Source of the DNA: Armatimonadota bacterium
GTDB lineage: Bacteria; Armatimonadota; SYMT01
Direction: 5' to 3'
DNA length: 64,000 bases
NCBI GenBank assembly: GCA_041690135.1
Contig: JAWLHY010000003.1
Location: 928,001 to 992,000 of the forward strand
The notes beneath the pieces are model-generated. The model searched no databases. It saw only the letters and a list, made by a program, of their open reading frames with translations, and was not told the DNA's origin. Shown here in pieces: positions 29,896-39,868 of the stretch (positions within the stretch are counted from its first letter, which is position 1; each line of letters starts with the position of its first letter). A program made the translations under genes and the position numbers.

Positions 29896-30045
29896 GGGTA
29901 TGGGTGTGGGAGTATGGGGGTGTAGGAGTGTGGGGGTGTAGGAGTGTGGGGGTATGGGAGTGTGGAGGAGTTGAAGTAGGCGGATCGTGCGAATTCGGTT
30001 ACTTCACTACTCCGCTACTTTTACACTCCGCTACTCCATTACCTA
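29895..30045. repeat. Octamer tracts GGAGTGTG/GGGTATGG with inverted ACTCCGCT partner
   Basis: ~9 octamer units at 29895-29970; the inverted tract overlaps the ruvC 3' end. Confidence 0.8.
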
Positions 30046-30529
30046 CGGGGGCGCCCCGGCGGTGGGCGGTGAGGGCGATGGCCATGGCGTCGGCGACGTC
30101 GTGAGGCGTGGGGACGCGCGGGAGGGCGAAGATGTGGGCCACCATCGCCTGGACCTGCTCCTTGCTGGCGGCTCCGTAGCCGACGACGGTCATCTTCACC
30201 TGGCGGGCGGGGTAGCTCCATACCGGCACCCCGCGCTGGCCGGCGGCCAGGCAAATCGCGCCGCGGGCGTGCGCCATGAGAAGGGCGGTCCGGGGAAACC
30301 GGTACTCCGAGTAGAGGTCTTCCAGCGCCAGGGCGTCGGGCCGGAACTCATCCAGGATCTCCGCCACCTCCCGGTGGAGCTGCACCAGGCGCTCTTCCAG
30401 GGGTAGGCTCTGGGTGCTGCGGATCGCCCCTGCCTCGATCAGGCGCGCATTCGCGGTGCCCGGGTTCTCCTGATCGACGATGGCATACCCGGTGCACCCC
30501 AAGCCGGGGTCAATCCCCAATACCCGCAC
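29999..30529 (-). CDS. ruvC: Holliday junction resolvase RuvC
   Basis: VLGIDPG, ALEDLY, AHARGA, VK..VVGYGAASKEQV, DVADAMAIA; GTG start with GGAGG. Confidence 0.93.
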   Translation of the reverse strand: MRVLGIDPGLGCTGYAIVDQENPGTANARLIEAGAIRSTQSLPLEERLVQLHREVAEILDEFRPDALALEDLYSEYRFPRTALLMAHARGAICLAAGQRGVPVWSYPARQVKMTVVGYGAASKEQVQAMVAHIFALPRVPTPHDVADAMAIALTAHRRGAPVGNGVAECKSSGVVK

Positions 30530-31607
30530 GCACTTCCTCCAGTGAGACCGTCTGCCCGGTCTCCGCACTTCGATACGCAGCTTCCAGGAATTCCAGCACC
30601 CGCAGGGCGTCCGCACCGCCGGCGATCTGCGGGAGTCCCGCGCGGGCATTCCGGATGAATGCCTCCATCAGCGCCAGGCCGAAAGTGCCGCAGTAGGCAT
30701 CGCACGGTTCCAGCCGGTACCGCAGCTCCCGCGCCGGGGAGGTCGCCCAGTCGGGATGGACCGACTCCATGCGGACGACTTCATCCGCGCGGGTCGGCTG
30801 CCACTGAAAGTACCCCTCCAGGCCGCGGACCGCCAGATACGTGTCGTAAGCGGCTCCGGCGTATCCCGCGGTGCTGCGCGGCAGGTGGTAACCGGCCGCA
30901 AACGTCCCCAGGGCGCCGGACGCCCAGCGCATCGACACCGCCGCCGTGTCCTCGACTTCCAGCGCGAAACCATTGAGCGCTCCGGTGAGCGCGGACACAT
31001 GGGTGATGTCGTCATCCAGGAGGTAGCGCATCAGGTCGAAGTAGTGGCAACCCAGCCAGTGGAGGATCCCGCCGCCGCCGTACTCGCGCGAGAACAGCCA
31101 GTGGTCCGGGTTCCGGAAGCGGACCTGCGAGGTGACCATTCGCATCTCCGCCGCCAGAACCCGGCCGAAAATACCCCGCTCCTGGAGCCCGCGCAGATCG
31201 ACCGCCGCCGGATGACACCGCCAGGGATAGCAGACGCCCAGCGCGACGCCGGCCGCTTCCACTTCCCGCAGCACCGGCCGGAGAAGGGTGGCCGTGGTGG
31301 CCATCGGCTTCTCCGACATCACCTGCTTGCCGGCGCGGGCCGCGGCTACTACCGTTTCCGGGTTCACATCGTTGCGGCGGCAGACCACCGCGAACTCGAC
31401 CTCTTCCCGCAGAGCGCCGGAAAGGTCGTCGGTGGCTCCCTCGAACTTCGGCCCCGCGTGCTCCGCCAGCGACTCCGCCGCGGCGCGTTCCGGATCCCAC
31501 AACCAGATCTTCCCCACGAGAGGCGAGACCCGCAGCGTATTCACGTGCATCCGCGAGTGGGGATGCGTGCAGCCCAGCACCACGAAGTTGGCAAGTGAGG
31601 TGGACAT
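30510..31607 (-). CDS. Gfo/Idh/MocA family oxidoreductase
   Basis: GKQVMSEKPMA, GGGILHWLGCHYFD, EVED, EAAYRSAETG. Confidence 0.9.
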   Translation of the reverse strand: MSTSLANFVVLGCTHPHSRMHVNTLRVSPLVGKIWLWDPERAAAESLAEHAGPKFEGATDDLSGALREEVEFAVVCRRNDVNPETVVAAARAGKQVMSEKPMATTATLLRPVLREVEAAGVALGVCYPWRCHPAAVDLRGLQERGIFGRVLAAEMRMVTSQVRFRNPDHWLFSREYGGGGILHWLGCHYFDLMRYLLDDDITHVSALTGALNGFALEVEDTAAVSMRWASGALGTFAAGYHLPRSTAGYAGAAYDTYLAVRGLEGYFQWQPTRADEVVRMESVHPDWATSPARELRYRLEPCDAYCGTFGLALMEAFIRNARAGLPQIAGGADALRVLEFLEAAYRSAETGQTVSLEEVRAGIGD

Positions 31608-31694
31608 CGGTGTAGGATTCCTGGTCTTATGGAGAAGACGGCGTGTTGCCGATCCGTTCTCTCCCCCACGCGCGTTAACCTACCCGGTCTGCCC

Positions 31695-32117
31695 ATGCGA
31701 TTCCTGGCCCTACACGTCGATAGTTTTCGAAGCGAGATCACGCAGAAGGGGCGATCGCCCCTGGTCGAACCGTACGAGGAAAAGGCCACCGAAATATCGG
31801 AGGGTCTGCTGGTATTGGTGAGTGTGGAGAAGGGGGACGAGGCCGCGCCGGATACGGTAGCGCGGAAGGCCGCCGACGAACTCCTGGACCTGGCCCGGAA
31901 GGTCGGCGTAAACCGGGTACTGCTCCACAGCTTTGCCCACCTGTTCGCGGAACTGGCGGCCCCCGCCGACGCCGTGCCGATCATGCAGGCCACGGCCGAA
32001 CGCCTGCGCGAGCATGGGGTGGAAGTGATCCGCACCCCCTTCGGCTGGTTCAACACGCTGGAGATCCGCGCCAAGGGGCATCCCCTGTCCCGTGTCGCTC
32101 GCACCATCCGGCCATGA
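31695..32117 (+). CDS. Free-standing archaeal-type threonyl-tRNA synthetase editing-domain protein
   Basis: MRFLALHVD, SVEKGDE, HSFAHL, RTPFGW, AKGHPL resemble the archaeal ThrRS N-terminal editing domain. Confidence 0.8.
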   Translation: MRFLALHVDSFRSEITQKGRSPLVEPYEEKATEISEGLLVLVSVEKGDEAAPDTVARKAADELLDLARKVGVNRVLLHSFAHLFAELAAPADAVPIMQATAERLREHGVEVIRTPFGWFNTLEIRAKGHPLSRVARTIRP

Positions 32118-33322
32118 GAGGACTTTCCCGGGGCCTGCTTGTCCTTCTGGCCTTGCAGGTGGTCAGCGGCGTGCTCGTCGCCCCGATGTTCTCCCTCTTC
32201 CCCACCTATGTGGAAGGACGTTTGGGCCTGCCCGCGGAGTTTTCGGGCAATATCCGCGCGTTGTTCATGGTCACCAGCGGGATCATGGCGTTCCTGGGCG
32301 GCGGCGTGTGCGATGCCGTGGGCCGGAAACCCTCCTACCTGGCGGCGATGACCGGCGTTATCGCCGTGGGACTGCTGTTCCTGGTGCGGGACCCCAACGT
32401 GATGTACGGCCTTTCCCTGTTTTCGGGCCTAATGTTCGGGCTCGGGTCGATCGCGGGCCAGTCGTATCTGATGGACACCGCCGGGCGTGGCTCTCTGGCC
32501 TTTGCCACCGCGTGTTTCTTCATGACGGGCACGGTCGGCAACGCGCTGGGGAGCGCCATCGCCGGTCCGGTGGCGGAGCGCCTTCCCAACGGGTATGCGC
32601 TCCTCGGCCTGGTGATGAGCGGGGGCCATGCACTGTTGATGCTCGTGGCCTGGCGACTGCTGCCGGATCTCCCCCGGCCGGACACCCCGCGCACGCTGGC
32701 GGCACTGGCGGGAGGCTACGGGCAGTTCTTCCGGCGAGCCCGGATCTGGATGCTGCTGGGCCTGCGCATGCTCCCGACGGTCTATTGGGGCACGGCGACC
32801 CTGTTGATGCCGCTGCTGCTGTTCCGGCTCACCGGTTCGGAGGCCCAGGTCGGCTACTATGGATCGGTGAGCCTGATCCTCTCGGCCATCTGCCAGGTAG
32901 GGGCGGGCCGGCTGGTGGACCGCATCGGGCCGCGCGTGCCGGTGGTGGCGGCCATCTCGCTCGTCACCCTCGCCAGCCTGGGACAGGGGCTCTTCGGCAA
33001 TTCCGCCGTCATGCTGACCGCCTTCGGGCTGCTGGGAGCGGGGGCCGCGTGGTCGCTCTCGGTGACGATGACCACACTGGTTCAGGCCTACTCGACCGAA
33101 GAGACCAAAGGGCGGCTCCTGGGTATCACACACGTGGCCTGGAGTCTCGGTTTCCTCGGTGGGAACCTGATGGGCGGCCAGCTCGCCACCCGGCCGGAGA
33201 CACAGCTCCTGCCATTCCTCCTCAGCGCGGCAGGCTGCGGTGTGGCGGTGCTGTGTGCCGTGGGCGTGGTCGTCGGCCTGCCGCGCGAGGTGGCTAACCG
33301 CCAAGATGCCGCGAAGGTGTGA
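32114..33322 (+). CDS. MFS transporter
   Basis: ~12 TM; GGVCDAVGRK and GRLVDRIGPR motif A; ATGA overlap with the upstream gene. Confidence 0.92.
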   Translation: MRGLSRGLLVLLALQVVSGVLVAPMFSLFPTYVEGRLGLPAEFSGNIRALFMVTSGIMAFLGGGVCDAVGRKPSYLAAMTGVIAVGLLFLVRDPNVMYGLSLFSGLMFGLGSIAGQSYLMDTAGRGSLAFATACFFMTGTVGNALGSAIAGPVAERLPNGYALLGLVMSGGHALLMLVAWRLLPDLPRPDTPRTLAALAGGYGQFFRRARIWMLLGLRMLPTVYWGTATLLMPLLLFRLTGSEAQVGYYGSVSLILSAICQVGAGRLVDRIGPRVPVVAAISLVTLASLGQGLFGNSAVMLTAFGLLGAGAAWSLSVTMTTLVQAYSTEETKGRLLGITHVAWSLGFLGGNLMGGQLATRPETQLLPFLLSAAGCGVAVLCAVGVVVGLPREVANRQDAAKV

Positions 33323-33422
33323 GGGGTATGGGGGTATGGGGGTATGGGGGACGGTAGCTTTGGGGCCGAGACGGAGATCACTCCCCCCTCCCTCCTGGCG
33401 TTCTTGGCGGCTTGGCGGTTGA
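33296..33422. repeat. AACCGCCAAG / CTTGGCGGTT inverted repeat with nested GGGGTATG octamers
   Basis: aaccgccaagatgccgcgaag..ttcttggcggcttggcggtt. Confidence 0.7.
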
Positions 33423-33515
33423 ACGGTCCGAGCAAGTTTGCGCACCTCCCCTGTACGGGAAACACCCGCAGAGAGACGCTGCGCGTTGCAGCGTTGCAGG
33501 GAGCAGGAGTGATCT

Positions 33516-33779
33516 ATGCCGTGGTCGATTAATGGAACCGAGATTTTCGCGGACCTGAAGGACAGCTTTCCAATGGAGACGGAGGACATCCTGAACTGGG
33601 CGGAAGAGCAGGATGAAATCCCCGAGTACGTGATGCAGGATCTCCGCCAGAACATGCCGCGCCGGGATTGGCCCGACTTCCAGACCTTCCTGTCGGAAGT
33701 GCAGAACTACACCTGGACCATGCCCAAGGGGGCCAGCACCCCGGTGTGGGGCGGCGTTTCGCAGAGCGCCCAGGAGTAG
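33516..33779 (+). CDS. Small protein, DUF2795-like
   Basis: L.DSFPMETEDILNWAEE..PEYVMQDL..MP; AGGAG RBS. Confidence 0.6.
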   Translation: MPWSINGTEIFADLKDSFPMETEDILNWAEEQDEIPEYVMQDLRQNMPRRDWPDFQTFLSEVQNYTWTMPKGASTPVWGGVSQSAQE

Positions 33780-33891
33780 AGTGGGATAGCGCGACGAGGG
33801 CTTCGGAGAAACCTGGACACGGCTCCTCACTGGGACGGCCCTCACACCTAGTCTCGTGACCGTTGACCCTGACGGGCACGGTGGCTAGGGC

Positions 33892-33935
33892 GCCCTCACC
33901 CCTTGCCCCTCTCCCACGCTGCGGGAGAGGGGAAT
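33892..33935. repeat. CCCTCACCCC..CCCCTCTCCC..GGGAGAGGGG palindromic element
   Basis: Hairpin; partial sibling at ~34035-34058. Confidence 0.65.
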
Positions 33936-34252
33936 CCCGCGCGCAAGATGGGGGCAGTTCTTCCCTTACCGGCGCACCAACTACGAATTTCACCGCAAAT
34001 CAACGCACAAGCCCTGCCACCCAGGAGTAAGGCGCTCCCGCGGCTGCGGGAGAGGGGCGATCGCATGCGATGTTCAGTGCGGTAACCGGTCTTAACCGTA
34101 ACCCATCCCCTCGGGGCGTAAACACCCGTGCCGGAAGTGTGCCCGTCCGATCGCCGGATCAAAGACCGGAAGGCAATGCCAGGGGACTTGTGGATGCAAT
34201 AATTAGGGAGCCGATCTCCCCGGAAGTCGGCTCTGTGGGTGGGAGGTGGTCG

Positions 34253-35077
34253 ATGGCGGAAGTAGCTTTGCAGGGAGAGGCATTGATCTCCGAGATCTCC
34301 GGGAGTGAGGTGGCTCCCGGCAGTGGGTGGTTCTGGTGGCACGGACAGCACAGCTTTGTGCTGAAACTTGGGAGCACGGTCCTTTACATCGATCCGTACT
34401 TGTCGCCGAACCCCGACCGGCAAACGCCGCCGCTGGTGACGCCGGAGCAGGTGACCCATGCGGACCTGGTCCTCTGCACGCACGACCATGCGGACCACAT
34501 CGACCCCTTCGCGCTCGCCGGTATCGCGCGGGCCTCTCCGCGGGCGCTGTTCGTGGCGCCGCGTCCGCACCGGCAGCGCATGCTTGATATTGGCATCCCG
34601 GCCGACCGCCTGCGCCTGCTGAACCACGATGAAACGGCGGCCCTTCCCGGCGGTATCCGCGTGACGGCCGTCAAGGCGAAGCACGAGTTCTTCTACGAAA
34701 CTCCCGACGGATTTCCATACCTGGGCTATGTGATCGAAGGGAACGGGGTGACTGCCTATCACAGCGGCGACACCGTGCTCTACGAGGGTCTTTGCACCTA
34801 TCTCCGGCGCTGGAAGCTCGACGTCGCCTTTTTGCCCATCAACGGCCGCGACGCCACCCGCTACCGCGCCGGCTGCATCGGCAACATGACCTACCAGGAA
34901 GCGGTGGACCTGGCGGGGGAACTGCAGGTCGGCCTGGCCGTGCCTTCGCATTGGGACATGTTCGCGATGAACTCCGAGGATCCGGCCAAGTTCGTGGACT
35001 ATCTTGATGCCAAGTACCCCGGTGCAAAGTGCTGGGTCGGGCGTGCCGGAGAGCGCGTACTGTTCTCTGGCGATTAA
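34253..35077 (+). CDS. Metallo-beta-lactamase fold hydrolase (UlaG-like)
   Basis: IDPYLS, THDHADHID, YHSGDT, FLPING, GNM, PSHWDMF. Confidence 0.9.
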   Translation: MAEVALQGEALISEISGSEVAPGSGWFWWHGQHSFVLKLGSTVLYIDPYLSPNPDRQTPPLVTPEQVTHADLVLCTHDHADHIDPFALAGIARASPRALFVAPRPHRQRMLDIGIPADRLRLLNHDETAALPGGIRVTAVKAKHEFFYETPDGFPYLGYVIEGNGVTAYHSGDTVLYEGLCTYLRRWKLDVAFLPINGRDATRYRAGCIGNMTYQEAVDLAGELQVGLAVPSHWDMFAMNSEDPAKFVDYLDAKYPGAKCWVGRAGERVLFSGD

Positions 35078-35135
35078 GATGAGGATTATGATTGGGATTA
35101 GGAGAGGACTACGTTAGGATCAATGGGCTGAACTC

Positions 35136-35852
35136 GTGGCACCTCCATCGCGCCTGTTGAAACGGAGCGTGCCCCGCCGGGAGGTCGCACGTCCCCCGAT
35201 CGACGCGTACCCGCCGGTAGTTTACGAGCGGATCGCCGCCGCCAAACGGTGGGACGCGGGGTGCTCGGGAGCCGTGGCGCTGGCCGCTACCGTTACGGCG
35301 GCGGGAGCCATCCTCTGGAGTTGGCCGCTGCCGCCGGCACTCCTCTGCGGGAGCCTGTTCCTGATGCGGCTTATTGCCGCGGTTATCGACCGCCTCCGGT
35401 CCGATGCCGAGGAATCGCTTCCCCGGATCGTTCCCTACTTCCTGGAGCCGTCGAACGGCGATCCCTGGAAGAGCCCCTACCAGAGCGATCCCGATTTGGA
35501 TACTTTCGGTTCGGGTTATGCGATCGCGCGGAACTGCACCCGTCTGGACGAGCGGGCCGTCCGGAATGGTGTGAAGCCGCTGTCGGCCTTCGGGTTCGGC
35601 GACGAGTTTCGCAGTCAACCGGCGGAGTGGCACCCCGCCGGTGAAGGCCTGCGATCGCTGGAAGCGCTGATTCGCAGCGTGCGGGAGGAGCCGAAAGGTC
35701 TGGATGACTCGGATCTCGTTCTGACCGAGCTTCAGCGGATGCGGAACCGCCTGGAGGACGCACGCGTCCGGGAGATCCCCTTCTGCCTGCATGTCCGGAT
35801 GGACGCCGCGTATACTGCCCACGAGTTCAGTTCCCGGAGAGGGAAGTATTGA
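35136..35852 (+). CDS. Hypothetical membrane-anchored protein
   Basis: 2 TM then soluble domain (GVKPLSAF..WHPAGEGLRSLEAL). Confidence 0.6.
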   Translation: MAPPSRLLKRSVPRREVARPPIDAYPPVVYERIAAAKRWDAGCSGAVALAATVTAAGAILWSWPLPPALLCGSLFLMRLIAAVIDRLRSDAEESLPRIVPYFLEPSNGDPWKSPYQSDPDLDTFGSGYAIARNCTRLDERAVRNGVKPLSAFGFGDEFRSQPAEWHPAGEGLRSLEALIRSVREEPKGLDDSDLVLTELQRMRNRLEDARVREIPFCLHVRMDAAYTAHEFSSRRGKY

Positions 35853-35904
35853 GGGACAGCGCGCCCAGATCGGAAGGGAGCCACTTCAACACGGAGGTAG
35901 AGCC

Positions 35905-36354
35905 TTGGAACCCTTGCCGAAATCGAACCGATTCCTGCCGCCCGCCCTACCCCCCGCACCCCCAGGAAGCGGTCATGTGCCGGGACCTGGAGACGAAGGC
36001 GGGCCACCCGATCCGTTACGGATAGCACTGCGGGAAGGACTCGCCGATGCCGCGATGATCCGAACCATTCTCGAAACAGTGGAAAGTTTCCCCGATGATG
36101 TGGACCTTTGCACAGAGCTTTCAAGAGTTCTGGATGAAGCCCGGCGCAATCTGGTCCAGTGCCTGGAGAAACCTGAAGTGAGGGCAGGAGTTGAGGCCCT
36201 CGCGCAGTCTTCGCCAGGACTCCGGCACGCCTTCGTAGCGTTGCAGGCGGCACTTGCCGATGAGCGGAACTACACCGATTATCGGACGTTCGAGCGGACG
36301 GTCTGGGAAGCCTATACCGCGCTCTTGCGTGAGGTGATTGCCCCCACGGATTGA
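35905..36354 (+). CDS. Hypothetical helical protein
   Basis: TTG start after GGAGGT; helical pattern; start uncertain. Confidence 0.5.
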   Translation: MEPLPKSNRFLPPALPPAPPGSGHVPGPGDEGGPPDPLRIALREGLADAAMIRTILETVESFPDDVDLCTELSRVLDEARRNLVQCLEKPEVRAGVEALAQSSPGLRHAFVALQAALADERNYTDYRTFERTVWEAYTALLREVIAPTD

Positions 36355-36378
36355 ATCGGGGGAGGCCTTCCGCCGCGG

Positions 36379-36930
36379 CTAACCCGCTAGCGGGTGTCCG
36401 GGTGACAGCCTCACCTCCCCAAACACTTCGAAATGGTAGCGGAGCCGGACGGTATCCACCCCGTTGGGAACACCGAGCTGGAGACGCAGGCGCTGCGTAC
36501 CCGCACACTCCGCGGTGTATGCGTCCTTCCATTCCTGGCCGCCCCAGATCTGAACTTCGTAGATCTCCCCCCTGTCCCGTTCGGCATCCGCCGCCGCCCC
36601 GGCAGCGCCGGATTGGGAGTCAGGTCCCGCTACTACCAGCCCGACCGGCTCCCAGGTGACATCCCGACCTGCGGTTTGGGCGGGGCGGATGGTCAACTCC
36701 ACCAGGTACCACTGGAGCGGTCCCTCCCGTTCCGGAGTGGGGTCCGGGTCATCGATTTCCCACTCCGGCTCCTCGGGCGGCGGAGTGGACTGCACCACGG
36801 AATGGACTTCTACCTCGGCGTCTTTCAGGACATCCCCTAGCGACAAGAACCTCTGCCGCTCTGCCGCAATCCGGGGTCCATGGGCCGCTTCTCCCATCCG
36901 GATCAACAACTCCATTGCTTGTTTGAGCAT
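36379..36930 (-). CDS. Hypothetical protein (beta-sandwich-like)
   Basis: 183-aa ORF with protein-like composition. Confidence 0.55.
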   Translation of the reverse strand: MLKQAMELLIRMGEAAHGPRIAAERQRFLSLGDVLKDAEVEVHSVVQSTPPPEEPEWEIDDPDPTPEREGPLQWYLVELTIRPAQTAGRDVTWEPVGLVVAGPDSQSGAAGAAADAERDRGEIYEVQIWGGQEWKDAYTAECAGTQRLRLQLGVPNGVDTVRLRYHFEVFGEVRLSPGHPLAG

Positions 36931-37100
36931 CGATGCCTTTCCCTACCACCGACCCATGCTGCTTTATAATGATTGTGGGTCGCCTGTGGCACGTCTCACA
37001 TATCTGTTTCCCGTGGCTCAGGGTAAGGGCGAGCGGGCGAAGACCGGAGATGGAGCAATAGGACGGATGCGACCCATGGCACCCACTGTGAAAGCCGGCC

Positions 37101-38279
37101 ATGCGACGATTGCAGTTCTACTACTTCCACCTGATGCCGTATCCGGATTTGCCGGCGGAGTTCACCGCGCAGGGGCAATTGGCCTGGGTGACGCCCTCCA
37201 ACAGGCTGTTCGACCCGGAGCGCGGGCACGAGCTGTACCATCAGTATCTGGATGAGCTGGTGGAGGCGGAGCGGTGGGGCTGGGACGGCATCTGCGTCAA
37301 CGAGCATCACCAGAACGTCTACGGGACGATGCCCTCCCCGAACCTCATCGCGGCGATGCTGACCCAGCGGACGCAGCGCTGCCGGATCGGGATCATCGGG
37401 AACGCGCTGCCGCTGCACGACGACCCGCTGCGAGTGGCGGAAGAGATCGCCATGCTCGACGTGATCAGTGGGGGGCGCATCATCTCCGGGTTCGTACGGG
37501 GTACCGGGATGGAGTACTACTCCTACGGCGTCAACCCGGCGCACAGCCGGGAGCGTTTCTACGAAGCGCACGACCTGATCGTGCGCGCGTGGACCGAGCC
37601 CGGTCCGTTCCCCTTCGTCGGCAAGCACTACCGCTACCGGTACGTGAACCCCTGGCCGCGGCCGATGCAGCAGCCCCACCCGCCGATCTGGCTGCCCGGC
37701 ACCGGCAGCCTGGAAACGGTGGCCTTCGCCGCCGAGCGCCGCTATCCGTTCATGATGGTCTACTCTCCGGTGGAGCATCAGCGGAAAGCCTATGAGCTGT
37801 ACCGCAAGCTGGCGGAGGAGAAGTACGGTTATGAGGCCGCACCGGAACAACTGGCGTTCTGCCTGCCCTGCTACGTGGCCGAGACGGACGAGCAGGCGCG
37901 CCAGGAAGCCGAGCCGCACCTGATGTGGCTGTTCCGCGTGGGGTTGAACACGGGACCGTTCGGTATGCCGCCTGGGTACGTGAGCGAGCGGTCGATGAAG
38001 TCCATGATCGCCGCGGGCGCGAAGCCGTTCTCCGAGCTGACGATGGACGACCTGATCGACCAGGGCTACGCGCTGGTGGGCAGCCCGGAAACGGTGATCG
38101 AGCGCCTGGCCTATTACACCGACCAGCTTCACGCCGGGATCATGGTCAGCGGCGCCCATTGGGGCGACATGCCCCGCTGGAAGGTCCAGAAGAACATGGA
38201 GTTGTTCGCCACGCGGGTGATGCCGGAATTCCGCGAGACTCTGTTAGACCCACCTCATCTTGTTTCGATAGCTCCGTGA
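37101..38279 (+). CDS. LLM-class flavin-dependent oxidoreductase
   Basis: NEHHQ, PSPNL, PLRVAEEIAMLDVISGGR, PMQQPHPPIW, VGSPETV. Confidence 0.93.
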   Translation: MRRLQFYYFHLMPYPDLPAEFTAQGQLAWVTPSNRLFDPERGHELYHQYLDELVEAERWGWDGICVNEHHQNVYGTMPSPNLIAAMLTQRTQRCRIGIIGNALPLHDDPLRVAEEIAMLDVISGGRIISGFVRGTGMEYYSYGVNPAHSRERFYEAHDLIVRAWTEPGPFPFVGKHYRYRYVNPWPRPMQQPHPPIWLPGTGSLETVAFAAERRYPFMMVYSPVEHQRKAYELYRKLAEEKYGYEAAPEQLAFCLPCYVAETDEQARQEAEPHLMWLFRVGLNTGPFGMPPGYVSERSMKSMIAAGAKPFSELTMDDLIDQGYALVGSPETVIERLAYYTDQLHAGIMVSGAHWGDMPRWKVQKNMELFATRVMPEFRETLLDPPHLVSIAP

Positions 38280-38519
38280 GGTTGACGGCTGATGCCCGAT
38301 CCTGCTTATTGTTAGAGGAAGGATGCCTGTTAGCAAGCGAAATGCAAAACGCCATTGAAAAGGATCGGTCAGAGAACACGGCGTGGGCAATCCGATGCCC
38401 CTTTTGCCCGACGGTCCATCCAAGGATACGGACGCTTTAACGGCCTCGCAAAAGCTCCAAGAAAGTTAGTAGCAGAATCGCAACATAAATTCTGCTAAGG
38501 TCGCACGGCAAATCAGCCG

Positions 38520-38819
38520 ATGAAAAGGGTCATCTCTGCAGTGGTAAGGTATAATCTTGACGAGATATGCAAACAAGCGTTTGCGGCCTCTCGATATGCT
38601 GTGGAAATGCGGAGCTCGGTCATGGGTGTAACAATTCTGCGAACTTGCCCTCACTGCGGGCGCCGTGCACGTCTCCGGAGTACCTTCAGCGTTCACCAAA
38701 ACTACTGTACAAAGTGCCGGGAAGAACGTCGCACTAAAGCGCGCAAGCACTTTGAATGTGGCGTGAAGATGGTTGTGGGTCCCTATGTCGTGCGGCGGAA
38801 GCCTACTTCTGACTGCTGA
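38520..38819 (+). CDS. Possible small zinc-ribbon protein in low-GC island
   Basis: CPHC..CTKC; start uncertain; overlaps the kinase stop. Confidence 0.35.
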   Translation: MKRVISAVVRYNLDEICKQAFAASRYAVEMRSSVMGVTILRTCPHCGRRARLRSTFSVHQNYCTKCREERRTKARKHFECGVKMVVGPYVVRRKPTSDC

Positions 38820-39867
38820 AGTAGGCTTCAAGTTCGCCAATCACCACCCGTGGGGAGCGCCAAGCGGTGCTCCCTTGGTATCTCTTTCGGCCTGAACGCA
38901 AACTCACCGTCTCTGCGTTCCACCTGTGGCGAAGAGGTGATTTCCACTCCCAGAGGACGACAAACCTATTAGAACGAGCTTCCCGTTGCCACGTAACACT
39001 GGTATTGGAAACTTTGCACTGCCATTCAGGCGTTGTCGGTAAGTCCTGAAGACCGACCGCGACTTCAACAAAGTCGTGATATCGTCGGTCCACATCATCG
39101 TGCAGGGCTCGTTTCACGAAACGGCGCCACTGCCTGGGAATGTGAGGGAGCCACCTTAGCTTGTCGGAGTAGCCGCCATATTGCACAAGATCTGGGGAAG
39201 GACTGAACAAAGTGTACCAGTTATGGCCATGGAGAAGCCGGTATACAGTCATCCCAAATGCCCAAACATCAGTTTGCTGGCTTGTGAGATCTTGCGTGAA
39301 GTACTCCGGGGCTAGATGATCTAGGTAGCCGGCTCCAGATGCATAGCCATAGGCGATTTGATCCGTAACTAGGCCGAAGTCTCCAATCTTGGCCCTGCCG
39401 TTACAATCAATCAAGATATTCCCCGGCTTTATATCGCGATGGAGCATACCCCGATTGTGTAGTACTTGCATGCCAAGACACACATCTCCAGCGATTGCCC
39501 GTACTCGCCTTAGCGGCAATGGACCTGCCTTGTACTCAGCGAGTAATGAACCTCCTTGGCAGAACTCAAGTACCAAATAAATTGGCTGTTCGTCCTGCAC
39601 TTCCCCCACAGGCGCCCGTTTCCGTACCACATGCAGAACACGGACGATACGTGAATCCTCCGCTACTTTAAGGCGCTGGCCTTCTTGTAGCAACTCTGTC
39701 TTACGTGCCTGCCACTGGCGATCGGTCTCGCCAGGCAGCCGCTTTGGGATCTTCACGGCGACTAAACCGTGGATGGGATCATCGCCCTCATATACGTCGC
39801 TAAAGTAGCCATCTGTTGAGAGCGGCCTCACAAATTTTAGCTCTGAAATGAGTTCCGTATTATTCAT
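38803..39867 (-). CDS. Ser/Thr protein kinase (low-GC island)
   Basis: GYFSDV, VAVK, HRDIKPGN, DFG, HLAPE, DVWAFG; Trp-rich C-terminal domain. Confidence 0.92.
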   Translation of the reverse strand: MNNTELISELKFVRPLSTDGYFSDVYEGDDPIHGLVAVKIPKRLPGETDRQWQARKTELLQEGQRLKVAEDSRIVRVLHVVRKRAPVGEVQDEQPIYLVLEFCQGGSLLAEYKAGPLPLRRVRAIAGDVCLGMQVLHNRGMLHRDIKPGNILIDCNGRAKIGDFGLVTDQIAYGYASGAGYLDHLAPEYFTQDLTSQQTDVWAFGMTVYRLLHGHNWYTLFSPSPDLVQYGGYSDKLRWLPHIPRQWRRFVKRALHDDVDRRYHDFVEVAVGLQDLPTTPEWQCKVSNTSVTWQREARSNRFVVLWEWKSPLRHRWNAETVSLRSGRKRYQGSTAWRSPRVVIGELEAYFSSQK

Positions 39868-39868
39868 A

